This document shows positions 1-8,610 of a stretch of 48,993 bases of DNA, one piece after another. Every line of letters begins with the position of its first letter. The first letter of the stretch is position 1. The position numbers were made by a program, and so were the translations under genes. The notes under the pieces were generated by a model. The model saw nothing but the letters and a program-made list of their open reading frames with translations. It did no database searches and had not been told where the DNA came from. The DNA comes from Candidatus Rokuibacteriota bacterium (GTDB lineage: Bacteria; Methylomirabilota; Methylomirabilia; Rokubacteriales; CSP1-6): positions 1-48,993 of the forward strand of contig JACQWA010000257.1 in the NCBI GenBank assembly GCA_016209425.1. Reading direction: 5' to 3'.

Positions 1-380
1 ACGGCCACTTCGTGATGCCGACCGTCGTGGACCGCCTTCCCGTCGATCATCGACTCTGTCGTGACGAGCTGTTCGTCCCGTTCGTCGCCGTGGCGGACGT
101 GGAGAGCCTCGACGAGGCGCTGAGCCGGGCCAACCGGTCGGAGTTCGGGCTCACCGCGGGGATCTTCAGCGAGGATCCCGAGGAGGTGCGCACGTTCTTC
201 AGCGCGATCGAGGCCGGAGTCGCCTACGCCAATCGCCGCGGGGGCGCCACGACGGGGGCGTGGCCCGGCGTGAACTCCTTCGGCGGCTGGAAGGCCTCGG
301 GCTCAAGCGGCCGGGGCGCCGGCGGCCCCTACTACGTCCAGCAGTTCCTCCGCGAGCAGTCGCAGACCTGGGTCGAGTAG
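1..380 (+). CDS. Aldehyde dehydrogenase family protein, C-terminal fragment (5' end outside window); resembles 1-pyrroline-5-carboxylate / glutamate-semialdehyde dehydrogenase
   Basis: The frame is open from nt 3 (GHFVMPTVVD...). It carries ALDH C-terminal motifs: ELFVPF, GLTAGIFS, FGGWKASGSSGRGAGGPYYVQQF. Stop at 378-380. Confidence 0.7.
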   Translation, partial: GHFVMPTVVDRLPVDHRLCRDELFVPFVAVADVESLDEALSRANRSEFGLTAGIFSEDPEEVRTFFSAIEAGVAYANRRGGATTGAWPGVNSFGGWKASGSSGRGAGGPYYVQQFLREQSQTWVE

Positions 381-430
381 GAAGCACGGAGGGGCCTCGA
401 CGGCCCCCCCGTGAGCCCCCCCGAGAGGTT

Positions 431-449
431 GCGCGGGCGACGCCCGCGC
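431..449. repeat. GC-rich palindrome GCGCGGGC-gac-GCCCGCGC (copy 1 of 2)
   Basis: Perfect 8-bp arms with a 3-nt spacer, in the intergenic region between the ALDH gene and mraZ. The same arms recur at 8521-8539. Confidence 0.6.
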
Positions 450-560
450 TCGAAGAGCGGTTAGCTCGACACCCCACCAGCGGTAGAAAGACGCGTCCCG
501 TTCCCCCATCCATTGGCCCGCGGGTGTCTTGAATTCCCTGGAAAAATCAGCACTTTTTCC

Positions 561-589
561 TTGACACCTTCTGGAGGGGTGTGTAGGAT
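561..589 (+). promoter_or_regulatory. Sigma-70-like promoter of the dcw cluster (Pmra)
   Basis: TTGACA (561-566), 17-nt spacer, TAGGAT (584-589). It lies in an AT-richer patch about 80 nt upstream of mraZ. Confidence 0.5.
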
Positions 590-597
590 CACCACTC

Positions 598-626
598 AAA
601 GTGGGATGATTTCCCATAAAGTGGGA
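598..626 (+). promoter_or_regulatory. Candidate MraZ operator: direct repeats AAAGTGGGA
   Basis: Identical 9-mers AAAGTGGGA at 598-606 and 618-626 (20-bp period), just downstream of the -10. A degenerate third copy AAAGGGA lies at 639-645. The repeats contain the TGGG / AAAGTG cores reported for MraZ boxes. Confidence 0.45.
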
Positions 627-670
627 ACTGAGCCCATGAAAGGGAAGTGCCATCCCAACTGGCGCCGGCA

Positions 671-1114
671 ATGTTTCGGGGACGCTTTCATCACGCGATC
701 GACCCGAAGGGACGAGTGAGCATCCCGTCAAAGTTCCGGGATGCTCTCGAGAGGGACTACGGGGAGAAGCGGCTCGTGCTGGTTCCGAACGATCACTGCC
801 TGGAGGTCCACCCGTTCAGAGAGTGGGAACGGATCGAAGACAAGGTGAAAGCGCTTCCGCAGATGGATCGTGATGTGCAGAAGTTCAACCGCCTCTACAT
901 CTCCCGCGCGGTGGACGCCGCGATCGACGCGCAGGGGCGGATTCAGATCCCGCCCGAATACCGGGAGCGGGCCGGGTTGGTCAAGGACGTCGTGCTCGTC
1001 GGCGGGGTTCTGAAGTTCGAGATCTGGAACAAGGAGCGCTGGGAGGAGTACGACCGGACGAACCAGCCGGAGCTTCCCTCGCTCTTCGAGAAGATCAGCA
1101 GCCGGGGAGTCTGA
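671..1114 (+). CDS. mraZ: Transcriptional regulator MraZ
   Basis: N-terminus MFRGRFHHAIDPKGRVSIPSKFR and a second SpoVT/AbrB-like repeat (DAQGRIQIPPEYR). ATG 671 gives the canonical MF-G start. GTG 647 is an alternative. Confidence 0.9.
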   Translation: MFRGRFHHAIDPKGRVSIPSKFRDALERDYGEKRLVLVPNDHCLEVHPFREWERIEDKVKALPQMDRDVQKFNRLYISRAVDAAIDAQGRIQIPPEYRERAGLVKDVVLVGGVLKFEIWNKERWEEYDRTNQPELPSLFEKISSRGV

Positions 1115-1119
1115 AACCG

Positions 1120-2037
1120 GTGGAGCCGGAGGCCGGGACTCAGATCCCGGTCCTGCTGGACGAGGTGACGTTTCTCTTGGCCCCCCGAAGGGGGGGGTGG
1201 ATGGTGGACGGCACGGTGGGCATGGGCGGACACGCTGAGGCGCTGCTGGAACGGGGAGGGCCCCAGGTCCGACTGCTCGGGATCGACAGGGATCTCGCGG
1301 CCCTGGCTCGGGCTCGGATTCGGCTTGCCCGCTTCGGCAATCGGGTGCTGCTGCGGCAGGCCAGCTTTCGCCACCTCCGGGCGATCGCGCGGGAAAGCGG
1401 CGTGGACGCCGCGCAGTCGGTTCTGCTCGACCTCGGTCTGTCTTCCTCCCAGCTGGACGCTTCTGAGCGGGGGTTCTCCTTCCAGGTCGACGCGCCGCTG
1501 GACATGCGCTTTGACCCTTCGGGAGGTCCGACGGCTGCCCAACTGCTTCAGACCCTCTCCGAGGCCGATCTGGCCCGAATCATTTTGGAATATGGGGGAG
1601 AACGTCACGCCCGGAGGATCGCCCGTGAGATCGTCCGGCGCTGCCGCCGGACCCCGCTGCGCACGACGTTTGACCTGGTCGCCGCAGTCAAAGCAGCCGT
1701 GCCCCGGCGGCAGTGGCCGAAGGACCGTCACGTCGCGACCCGAACCTTTCAGGCGGTCCGGATGGCCGTGAATGAAGAGGTCGAGGCCCTCAGTGAAGCA
1801 TTGCCCGCCGCAGCCGGGCTGCTCGCCCCGGGCGGTCGGCTCGGGGTTATCAGCTTCCACTCAGGAGAGGACCGGATCGTGAAGCGGGCCTTTCTGTCGC
1901 TGGCGGGGGGCCCCTACGCCATCCTCCAGCCCGCCCCCCTGATCCCCTGCCGCGAGGAGCGGCTGGCGAACCCGCGCTGCCGGAGCGCCAAGCTCCGGGT
2001 GCTCGAGCGCCTCGGAGAGCCCGATGGCTCCCGGTGA
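1120..2037 (+). CDS. rsmH: 16S rRNA (cytosine1402-N4)-methyltransferase RsmH
   Basis: PVLLDEV...DGTVGMGGHA...GIDRD...LLDLGLSSSQLD...RGFSF...ISFHSGEDRIVK motifs. Canonical position after mraZ. Confidence 0.9.
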   Translation: MEPEAGTQIPVLLDEVTFLLAPRRGGWMVDGTVGMGGHAEALLERGGPQVRLLGIDRDLAALARARIRLARFGNRVLLRQASFRHLRAIARESGVDAAQSVLLDLGLSSSQLDASERGFSFQVDAPLDMRFDPSGGPTAAQLLQTLSEADLARIILEYGGERHARRIAREIVRRCRRTPLRTTFDLVAAVKAAVPRRQWPKDRHVATRTFQAVRMAVNEEVEALSEALPAAAGLLAPGGRLGVISFHSGEDRIVKRAFLSLAGGPYAILQPAPLIPCREERLANPRCRSAKLRVLERLGEPDGSR

Positions 2038-2449
2038 CCAATCGGCCCGCTTGATCCGTGAGCGGGACCGGCGCCGGACGCGCGCCATGGGCGTGACGTT
2101 GCTCGTTTCCGCCTGTCTCGTGGCGGGGGCGCTCGGGATCGTCGCCCTCAAGGTGAACCAGGTGAGGCTCTCGTACCGGTTGGATCAGCTGCGCCTGGTC
2201 CGGAGCGAACTGGAAGAGGGGAACCGCCAGTTGCGGGTGGAGCATGCCACGCTTCGCGCGCTGGCCCGGATCGAGTCAAAGGCGCGGGGTGAGCTGGGCA
2301 TGCTTTCCCCGTCGCGCGATCAGGTGAGGCTGGCGCGGGAGTACGTCCCGGGCTGGGCCCCGGACGGCGTAGGCGTGGGGAGGGGCAGCGCGTCGCTTCA
2401 AACCGCGTGGGAGGAACAGCCGGCTCCCCCGGGCCCCCGGGTCAGGTGA
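2024..2449 (+). CDS. ftsL: Cell division protein FtsL-like (bitopic membrane protein)
   Basis: Basic N-terminus, one TM helix (GVTLLVSACLVAGALGIVALKV), then a coiled-coil-like stretch. Located between rsmH and ftsI. The start is uncertain (ATG 2024 or ATG 2087). Confidence 0.55.
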   Translation: MAPGDQSARLIRERDRRRTRAMGVTLLVSACLVAGALGIVALKVNQVRLSYRLDQLRLVRSELEEGNRQLRVEHATLRALARIESKARGELGMLSPSRDQVRLAREYVPGWAPDGVGVGRGSASLQTAWEEQPAPPGPRVR

Positions 2450-2479
2450 CGTGACGAACACCGGACAGGCTGAGCGGGC

Positions 2480-4516
2480 ATGACCGACGCCCTGAGCGAT
2501 TCCCTCAAAACCCGGGCGCTCATCCTCTCCACCCTCTTCGCCTGCGCCCTCCTCGCTCTGATCGGCCGCCTGGCGTTTCTTCAGATCGTCAAGCACGAAG
2601 AACTGGCCCGCCTCGCCGAGCGTCAGCGCTCGAAGACGATCGTTCTCCGCCCCAAGCGCGGCCCCGTGTTGGACCGCCACGGCCAAGCCCTGGCGGTGTC
2701 GAGCCACGCCGAGTCGCTCTTCGCCCTGCCGGCGCGCGTCGGGGATCCGGAAGGGGTGGCCGAGCGGCTGGCACCGCTCCTGAACGAGGCGCCCGAGGAG
2801 GTCCGGAAGCGGCTGGCGACCGATCGTGCCTTTGTCTGGGTGAAGCGAAAGCTCTCGCCGTCCCTGGCTCAGGCGATCAGGACCCTCGGGGAGCCCGGTC
2901 TCGGCTTCGTTCAAGAGAGCCTTCGCCTGTACCCGAACCGCGAGTTAGCGGCCCAGGTGCTCGGGTTCGAGGGGGTCGACGGTCGGGGACTCGAAGGGAT
3001 CGAGCGCGCCTGGGACAGCCACTTGGCCGGAGAGACCGGGCTGGCGCTCGTCGAACGGGATGCGCTGGGTCGAGAGGTGACGGGTCTCCCCACGGTGATC
3101 AAAGCCTCGACGCCGGGCCAAGGCGTCGCGCTGACCCTGGACACGACGATTCAGTATCTGGCCGAAAAAGAGGTGGAGCTGGCCTGGCGGCGGACCCACT
3201 CCAAGGCCGCCCTGGCGATCGTGCTGGATCCGCGGACCGGCGAGCTGCTCGCCCTGGCGATCCGCCCCACCTTCAACCCCAATAGCTTCGCCACGGCGAG
3301 CGCGAACGAATGGCGCAACCGCGCGGTCACCGATCCCTTCGAGCCGGGCTCCACCTTCAAGGTGATCCTCGCTGCCGGGGCGCTCGAGGAAGGGGTGGCG
3401 CGCCCCACCGATCGCTTCTACGGCGAGCAGGGGACCATCACCGTGGCCAGCACGGTGATCCACGACTGGAAGCGCTACGGCTGGCTCACCTTTTCCGAAG
3501 TCCTCCAGAACTCCTCCAACGTGGGCGCCATCAAGGTGGGGATGGCCCTGGGACGGGAGCGCTACCACCGCTACATCACGGGCTTCGGGTTCGGCAGTCT
3601 CACGGGCGTCGGGCTTCCCGGGGAGAGCCGGGGCCAAGTGAGAGCGCCGGACCGCTGGTCGGGCCTCTCGCTGGCGACTCTGTCGATCGGCCAGGAGGCC
3701 TCGGTCACGGCGCTCCAACTGATCGCCGCCTTCGGCGCGGTGGCCAACGGCGGCCGGCTCATGCAGCCCCAGGTCGTCCGGGCCGTCCTCGACTCCGGAG
3801 GGCGCGAGGTGCGCGGCTTCGAGCCCCGCGCCGTTCGCCAGGTGATCGCTCCGGAAACGGCGCGGGCCCTGACCCAGATTCTGACCCGGGTCGTCGGAGA
3901 GGGCACCGGCCGCCATGCGGCCATCCCGGGCTACGAGGTCGCCGGCAAGACCGGAACCGCCCAGAAGATCGATCCGACGACGAAGCGCTACTCCCGGGCC
4001 CCGGGGATCCTCTCCTTCGCCGGGTTTGCTCCCGCCGACGATCCGCGCATTGCGATGCTCGTGCTGCTCGACGAACCCACGAGCGAGAAGTGGGGGAGCG
4101 AGGCCGCAGCGCCGATCTTCGCCGCCCTTGGAGGCGAGGTGCTCCGCTATCTGAACGTGCCGCCGCGCGATACCCCAACAGTCCAGATCGTCCGGGGCCT
4201 CGAGGCCGGCATGGTGGTGCCCGTGTCCAGGGGAGGGGCGGCCGGCGGGCCCCTGGCCGAAGGCCAGGGAGCCAATGGCGTTCCCCTCGGGGCCGTTGCC
4301 CATGGCGCGCTCGACCCGGACGCTATGAGCCCGCGAATGCCCGCGGTGGTCGGCAAGAGCCTTCGGGAGGCGCTGTCGGTCCTTGAGGCCTTTGACATCC
4401 AGGTGGAGGTCGCGGGTCGCGGGGTGGTGGTGGCCCAGCGGCCGGCGGCCGGGGAGGATCTGCCGCCGGGCTCGGTGTGCCGGCTGGAGCTGGCTCCACC
4501 GACCGCTCGGCAATGA
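2480..4516 (+). CDS. ftsI: Peptidoglycan D,D-transpeptidase FtsI (class B PBP) with C-terminal PASTA domain
   Basis: N-terminal TM helix. STFK, SSN and KTGT transpeptidase motifs. The C-terminal PASTA-like segment is MPAVVGKSLREALSVLEAFDIQVEVAGRGVVVAQRPAAG. Confidence 0.9.
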   Translation: MTDALSDSLKTRALILSTLFACALLALIGRLAFLQIVKHEELARLAERQRSKTIVLRPKRGPVLDRHGQALAVSSHAESLFALPARVGDPEGVAERLAPLLNEAPEEVRKRLATDRAFVWVKRKLSPSLAQAIRTLGEPGLGFVQESLRLYPNRELAAQVLGFEGVDGRGLEGIERAWDSHLAGETGLALVERDALGREVTGLPTVIKASTPGQGVALTLDTTIQYLAEKEVELAWRRTHSKAALAIVLDPRTGELLALAIRPTFNPNSFATASANEWRNRAVTDPFEPGSTFKVILAAGALEEGVARPTDRFYGEQGTITVASTVIHDWKRYGWLTFSEVLQNSSNVGAIKVGMALGRERYHRYITGFGFGSLTGVGLPGESRGQVRAPDRWSGLSLATLSIGQEASVTALQLIAAFGAVANGGRLMQPQVVRAVLDSGGREVRGFEPRAVRQVIAPETARALTQILTRVVGEGTGRHAAIPGYEVAGKTGTAQKIDPTTKRYSRAPGILSFAGFAPADDPRIAMLVLLDEPTSEKWGSEAAAPIFAALGGEVLRYLNVPPRDTPTVQIVRGLEAGMVVPVSRGGAAGGPLAEGQGANGVPLGAVAHGALDPDAMSPRMPAVVGKSLREALSVLEAFDIQVEVAGRGVVVAQRPAAGEDLPPGSVCRLELAPPTARQ

Positions 4517-6012
4517 CCCGGCGGCGCGTGCCGATGGATACGCTCTTACAGGCGCTCCCGAGGAAGACGGTGCTGGGGCAGCTTCCCGAAGCGGTGACGG
4601 GGCTCGCCTACGATTCGCGCGGCGTGAGGCTCGGCGATCTCTTCGTGGCCGTCCCCGGTCTCACGCGCGACGGGCGCCGGTTCATCCCCGAGGCGCTGGA
4701 CCGCGGGGCCGCGGCGGTGGTGACAGAGGGCGAGGATCCTCTCCCCGGCGCGACGCTGGGGCGGATTGTCGTTCCCTCGACGCGGGAGGCCCTGGCGCGG
4801 TTGGCCGACGCATTTTTCGGTCATCCGTCGAGGGCGCTCACGGTGGTGGGGATTACGGGGACAAACGGGAAGACCACGACGTCCTATCTGGTGGAGGCGC
4901 TGTTCCGCGCCCAAGGGATGCGGACGGGTGTGGTCGGGACGATCCAGTACCGGATCGGCGACGAGCCGATCCCGGCGGGCCAAACGACGCCCGAGGCTGT
5001 GGACCTTCAAGGGCTGCTGGCCCGCATGGTCGAGTCTGGCGTCGGAGGCGTCGCCATGGAGGTCTCCTCTCACGCGCTGGCGCTCCGTCGGGTGGATGGC
5101 ATCGAGTTCGACGTGGCGGCGTTCACCAACCTCACCCAGGACCACCTGGACTTCCACGGCACCCTGGCGGACTATCGCCGGGCCAAGCGGCGGCTCTTCG
5201 AGCTCCTGGCGGGCTCGCCGAAGCCTGAGCGGTGGGCGGTCATTAACCTGGATGATCCCGCCGGCGAATCGATGGTGGAGGGGCTGGCGCTCAGGAGTCT
5301 CACCTACGGTCTCCGGCCTGCGGCCCGGGTCCGCTCGGTGGAGCATACCTCCAACTTGGACGGCATCCGGATGAGCATCGAGAGCCCGTCCGGGCGTTTC
5401 AGCTTGGCGTCTCCCCTGATCGGCGAGCCCAACGTGATGAACCTCCTCGCGGCGTGCGCGGTCGGCGTGGCCCTTCGGATGGAGCCGTCAGCGATCGTCC
5501 ATGCCCTCGAGCGCGTGCCGGCGGTCCCGGGGCGCTTTGAGCGCGTCGACGCGGGGCAGCCGTTTCTCGTGGTGGTGGACTATGCGCATACCCCCGATGC
5601 CCTGGAGCGCGTCCTCGCGACCGCCCGGAAGCTCACCCGCGGCCGGCTCGGCGTTGTCTTCGGTTGCGGCGGGGACCGCGACCGGGGAAAGCGTCCCATC
5701 ATGGGGGCCATCGCCGCCCGGCTCGCCGACCGGGTGTGGGTCACCTCCGACAACCCGCGAAGCGAGGATCCGCGCGCCATCATCGACCAAGTGGTCCGAG
5801 GGGTGCGCGACGCCTGGCCCGACTTGGAGCGCTGTGCTATGATCCCGGATAGGCGCGTCGCCATCGGAACTGCCCTCGATTGGGCTCGCCCCGGCGACCT
5901 CATCGTGATCGCCGGGAAGGGCCACGAGACCTACCAGATCATCGGCCGAGAAGTGCTCTCCTTCGACGACCGGGCGGTGGTTCGTCAGATCCTCGCTGGG
6001 CGGGTGCAATAA
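4513..6012 (+). CDS. murE: UDP-N-acetylmuramoyl-L-alanyl-D-glutamate--2,6-diaminopimelate ligase
   Basis: GITGTNGKTTT P-loop, DNPR motif (TSDNPRSEDP), AGKGHE. ATGA overlap with the ftsI stop (4513/4516). ATG 4534 is an alternative start. Confidence 0.9.
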   Translation: MTRRRVPMDTLLQALPRKTVLGQLPEAVTGLAYDSRGVRLGDLFVAVPGLTRDGRRFIPEALDRGAAAVVTEGEDPLPGATLGRIVVPSTREALARLADAFFGHPSRALTVVGITGTNGKTTTSYLVEALFRAQGMRTGVVGTIQYRIGDEPIPAGQTTPEAVDLQGLLARMVESGVGGVAMEVSSHALALRRVDGIEFDVAAFTNLTQDHLDFHGTLADYRRAKRRLFELLAGSPKPERWAVINLDDPAGESMVEGLALRSLTYGLRPAARVRSVEHTSNLDGIRMSIESPSGRFSLASPLIGEPNVMNLLAACAVGVALRMEPSAIVHALERVPAVPGRFERVDAGQPFLVVVDYAHTPDALERVLATARKLTRGRLGVVFGCGGDRDRGKRPIMGAIAARLADRVWVTSDNPRSEDPRAIIDQVVRGVRDAWPDLERCAMIPDRRVAIGTALDWARPGDLIVIAGKGHETYQIIGREVLSFDDRAVVRQILAGRVQ

Positions 6013-6020
6013 GGAGCGCT

Positions 6021-7409
6021 ATGTCGCGGCTGACCGTGCGAGACGTGGTTCGAGCCACCCGCGGCGCCCTCGTCAGGGGCGACCTGGGAGTCCCCGTGAC
6101 CGGCGTGTCCATTGACAGCCGAAGCCTCGGCGTCGGGGAGGCCTTCTTCGCCATCCGCGGCCATCGCCTGGATGGCCATGCCTTCGTCAACGAGGCGGCG
6201 GCGCAGGGCGCCGCCTGCGTGGTGGTCCACCACCTTCCGGACGAGATCCCGCCCCATATTCCCCTGATTCTCGTGGACGACACCACGCCGGCCCTGGGCA
6301 GATTGGCCGCCTTCCAGCGAAGTCGATTTTCGCTGCCGGTGGTGGGCATCACCGGCTCCAACGGGAAGACCACCACGAAGGAGATGGTCGCCGAAATCCT
6401 CGCCGGTCTCGGCCCGGTCCTGAAGCCCGAGGCGAGCTTCAACAACCAGTGGGGGCTTCCGCTGACGCTCCTCAGGCTTAGGAGGGAGCATCAAGCCGTC
6501 GTCCTCGAGCTGGGCGCCAACCAGCGCGGAGAGATCGCGACCCTTGCCGGGATCGCGCGGCCGACGGTCGGGGTCGTCACCACAGTGGCGGCGGCGCACA
6601 CGGCGTTCTTCGGAAGCCTGGAGGAGGTTCAGCGCGAGAAGGCCTCCCTGGTGCAGGCGATCCCGCCGGACGGACGCGTGATCCTGAACGGTGACGACCG
6701 GCGTGTTCGAGAAATGGCGAGGGAGGCCCGCTGTCCGGTGCTGCTCTACGGGACCTCCCCGGACGCGGACGTGAAGAGCGTCGGGCCGATCGACGAGAGG
6801 GCCGAGGGAGTGAAGTTTACGCTTGAGATCGCCGGCCAGCGAGAATCCGTGAGGCTGGCCATCCCGGGCCGCCACAACGTCACCAACGCTCTCGCCGCCG
6901 CCGCGGTCGGATATGCCCTGGGTCGTTCGATCGCCGAGATCGCTGGAGGGCTCCAACGTGCCCGCCCCGTCAAGGGACGTTGTGTCTGGCGTCCGGCCGG
7001 CGCAATCCGCATCCTCGACGATACCTACAATGCCAATCCGGCGGCCGTGGAGGCCGCCCTGGCCGTCCTCTGCCGGGCGCGCGGCGCCGGGCGAATCCTG
7101 GTGGCCCTGGGAGACATGCTGGAGCTCGGCGAGATCGCCGAGGCAGCCCACCGGGACGTCGGGCGACGGGTGGCTCAACTGGGCGTGGCGGAGTTCGTGG
7201 GCGTCGGGCCCCTGTCCGTGCACGCCGTGGCGGCCGCGCGCGCCGCGGGGGTCCTCGAGAGCCACCACGCCGGGACCGCGGAGGAGGCCATCGCCATTCT
7301 GCTCAAACGCCTGGCCCCGGGGGACTGTCTCCTCGTGAAAGGGTCCCGGGGGATGCGGATGGAGCGGGTGGTGGACGCGCTCGTGGCGCGGCTGGGAGGA
7401 GGCGAATGA
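6021..7409 (+). CDS. murF: UDP-N-acetylmuramoyl-tripeptide--D-alanyl-D-alanine ligase
   Basis: GITGSNGKTTTKEM, DDTYNANP, LVKGSRGMRMERVV. AAGGAG Shine-Dalgarno at 6011-6016 upstream of ATG 6021. The track ORF start at 5880 overlaps murE and is rejected. Confidence 0.9.
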   Translation: MSRLTVRDVVRATRGALVRGDLGVPVTGVSIDSRSLGVGEAFFAIRGHRLDGHAFVNEAAAQGAACVVVHHLPDEIPPHIPLILVDDTTPALGRLAAFQRSRFSLPVVGITGSNGKTTTKEMVAEILAGLGPVLKPEASFNNQWGLPLTLLRLRREHQAVVLELGANQRGEIATLAGIARPTVGVVTTVAAAHTAFFGSLEEVQREKASLVQAIPPDGRVILNGDDRRVREMAREARCPVLLYGTSPDADVKSVGPIDERAEGVKFTLEIAGQRESVRLAIPGRHNVTNALAAAAVGYALGRSIAEIAGGLQRARPVKGRCVWRPAGAIRILDDTYNANPAAVEAALAVLCRARGAGRILVALGDMLELGEIAEAAHRDVGRRVAQLGVAEFVGVGPLSVHAVAAARAAGVLESHHAGTAEEAIAILLKRLAPGDCLLVKGSRGMRMERVVDALVARLGGGE

Positions 7410-7412
7410 AGG

Positions 7413-8492
7413 ATGCTGTACCACCTCCTCGTGCCGTTCGCCAAGGAGCATATCGTCTTCAACGTCTTCCGGTACATCACCTTCCGGACGGCGATGGCGA
7501 CGGTGACGGCCCTGATCCTGTCCTTCGTTCTCGGACCATGGCTGGTGAAGAAGCTCCGCACGTGGCAGGCCGGCAGGGAGACCCTGCGGGAGGATACCCC
7601 CGAACGCCACCGCGCGAAGGCCGGCACACCGACCATGGGAGGGATCCTGATCCTGGTAGCGATCCTCAGCTCCACCCTGCTGTGGGCAAACTTGAAGAAT
7701 CGCTACGTCTGGATGGTCGTGGTGGTCACGGCGGGGCTGGGGCTCATCGGGCTTCTCGACGATTACCGAAAGCTCCAAACCCGCAAGGGCGTCTCGGCCA
7801 AGGAGAAGTTCGGCGCCCAGCTCCTCCTCGTCGGGTTGCTGCTCCTTTCTCTCTACCTGTTTCCCGTGGACGGCTTTTCGACGCGGCTCGCGATCCCCTT
7901 TTTCAAGGGGTGGCTGGTGAACCTGGGCTGGCTCTGGATTCCCTTCGCCCTCCTGGTGATCGTCGGCGCCTCCAACGCCGTAAACCTGACCGACGGCCTC
8001 GACGGGCTGGCCATCGGTCCCGTCATCATGGCGGGTGGTGCCTTCGCCGTCCTGGCCTACTTGACCGGCAACTTCATCGCCGCCACGTATCTGAGGATCC
8101 CCAACGTCAAGGGCGCGGGGGAGCTGACGATCTTCTGCGGCGCGCTGGTGGGGGCGAGCCTTGGCTTCCTTTGGTTCAACAGCTATCCGGCGCAAGTCTT
8201 CATGGGAGACGTGGGCTCGCTTGCGCTCGGGGGCGCGATCGGGACCTTGGCGGTTCTGACCAAGGCGGAGCTCCTCCTGCCGCTGATCGGCGGGTTGTAT
8301 GTGGTGGAGGCGGGGTCGGTGATCGTTCAGGTGGTGGCGTTCAAGCTCACGGGCAAACGGGTGTTCAGGATGGCGCCCCTGCATCACCACTACGAACTGG
8401 CGGGGTGGGCGGAGCCCAAGATCATCGTGCGCTTTTGGATCGTCTCCTTCCTCCTCGCGCTGTTGGCGCTGACGACCCTGAAGCTGAGGTAG
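7413..8492 (+). CDS. mraY: Phospho-N-acetylmuramoyl-pentapeptide transferase
   Basis: Polytopic membrane protein with KAGTPTMGG, NAVNLTDGLDGLA, GDVGSLALGG and HHHYEL motifs. Confidence 0.95.
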   Translation: MLYHLLVPFAKEHIVFNVFRYITFRTAMATVTALILSFVLGPWLVKKLRTWQAGRETLREDTPERHRAKAGTPTMGGILILVAILSSTLLWANLKNRYVWMVVVVTAGLGLIGLLDDYRKLQTRKGVSAKEKFGAQLLLVGLLLLSLYLFPVDGFSTRLAIPFFKGWLVNLGWLWIPFALLVIVGASNAVNLTDGLDGLAIGPVIMAGGAFAVLAYLTGNFIAATYLRIPNVKGAGELTIFCGALVGASLGFLWFNSYPAQVFMGDVGSLALGGAIGTLAVLTKAELLLPLIGGLYVVEAGSVIVQVVAFKLTGKRVFRMAPLHHHYELAGWAEPKIIVRFWIVSFLLALLALTTLKLR

Positions 8493-8520
8493 CGCGGCGG
8501 TGATACACGCGCTTGTTCGA

Positions 8521-8539
8521 GCGCGGGCTCTGCCCGCGC
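8521..8539. repeat. GC-rich palindrome GCGCGGGC-tct-GCCCGCGC (copy 2 of 2)
   Basis: Same 8-bp arms as 431-449, in the 118-bp mraY-murD spacer. A second hairpin GGGGGGC-gga-GCCCCCC follows at about 8573-8589. Confidence 0.6.
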
Positions 8540-8610
8540 AACCGAGTCTGGGGGGAGGCATCGGAAGGGGGGCGGAGCCCCCCTCCGAGGAACTGTTGGA
8601 GGAGACGGAG

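Noticed and set aside
8500-8610. 37-codon extension of murD from GTG 8500
   Set aside because: The region contains two strong GC hairpins and no MurD similarity. GTG 8611 has a strong SD and gives a typical MurD N-terminus and length.
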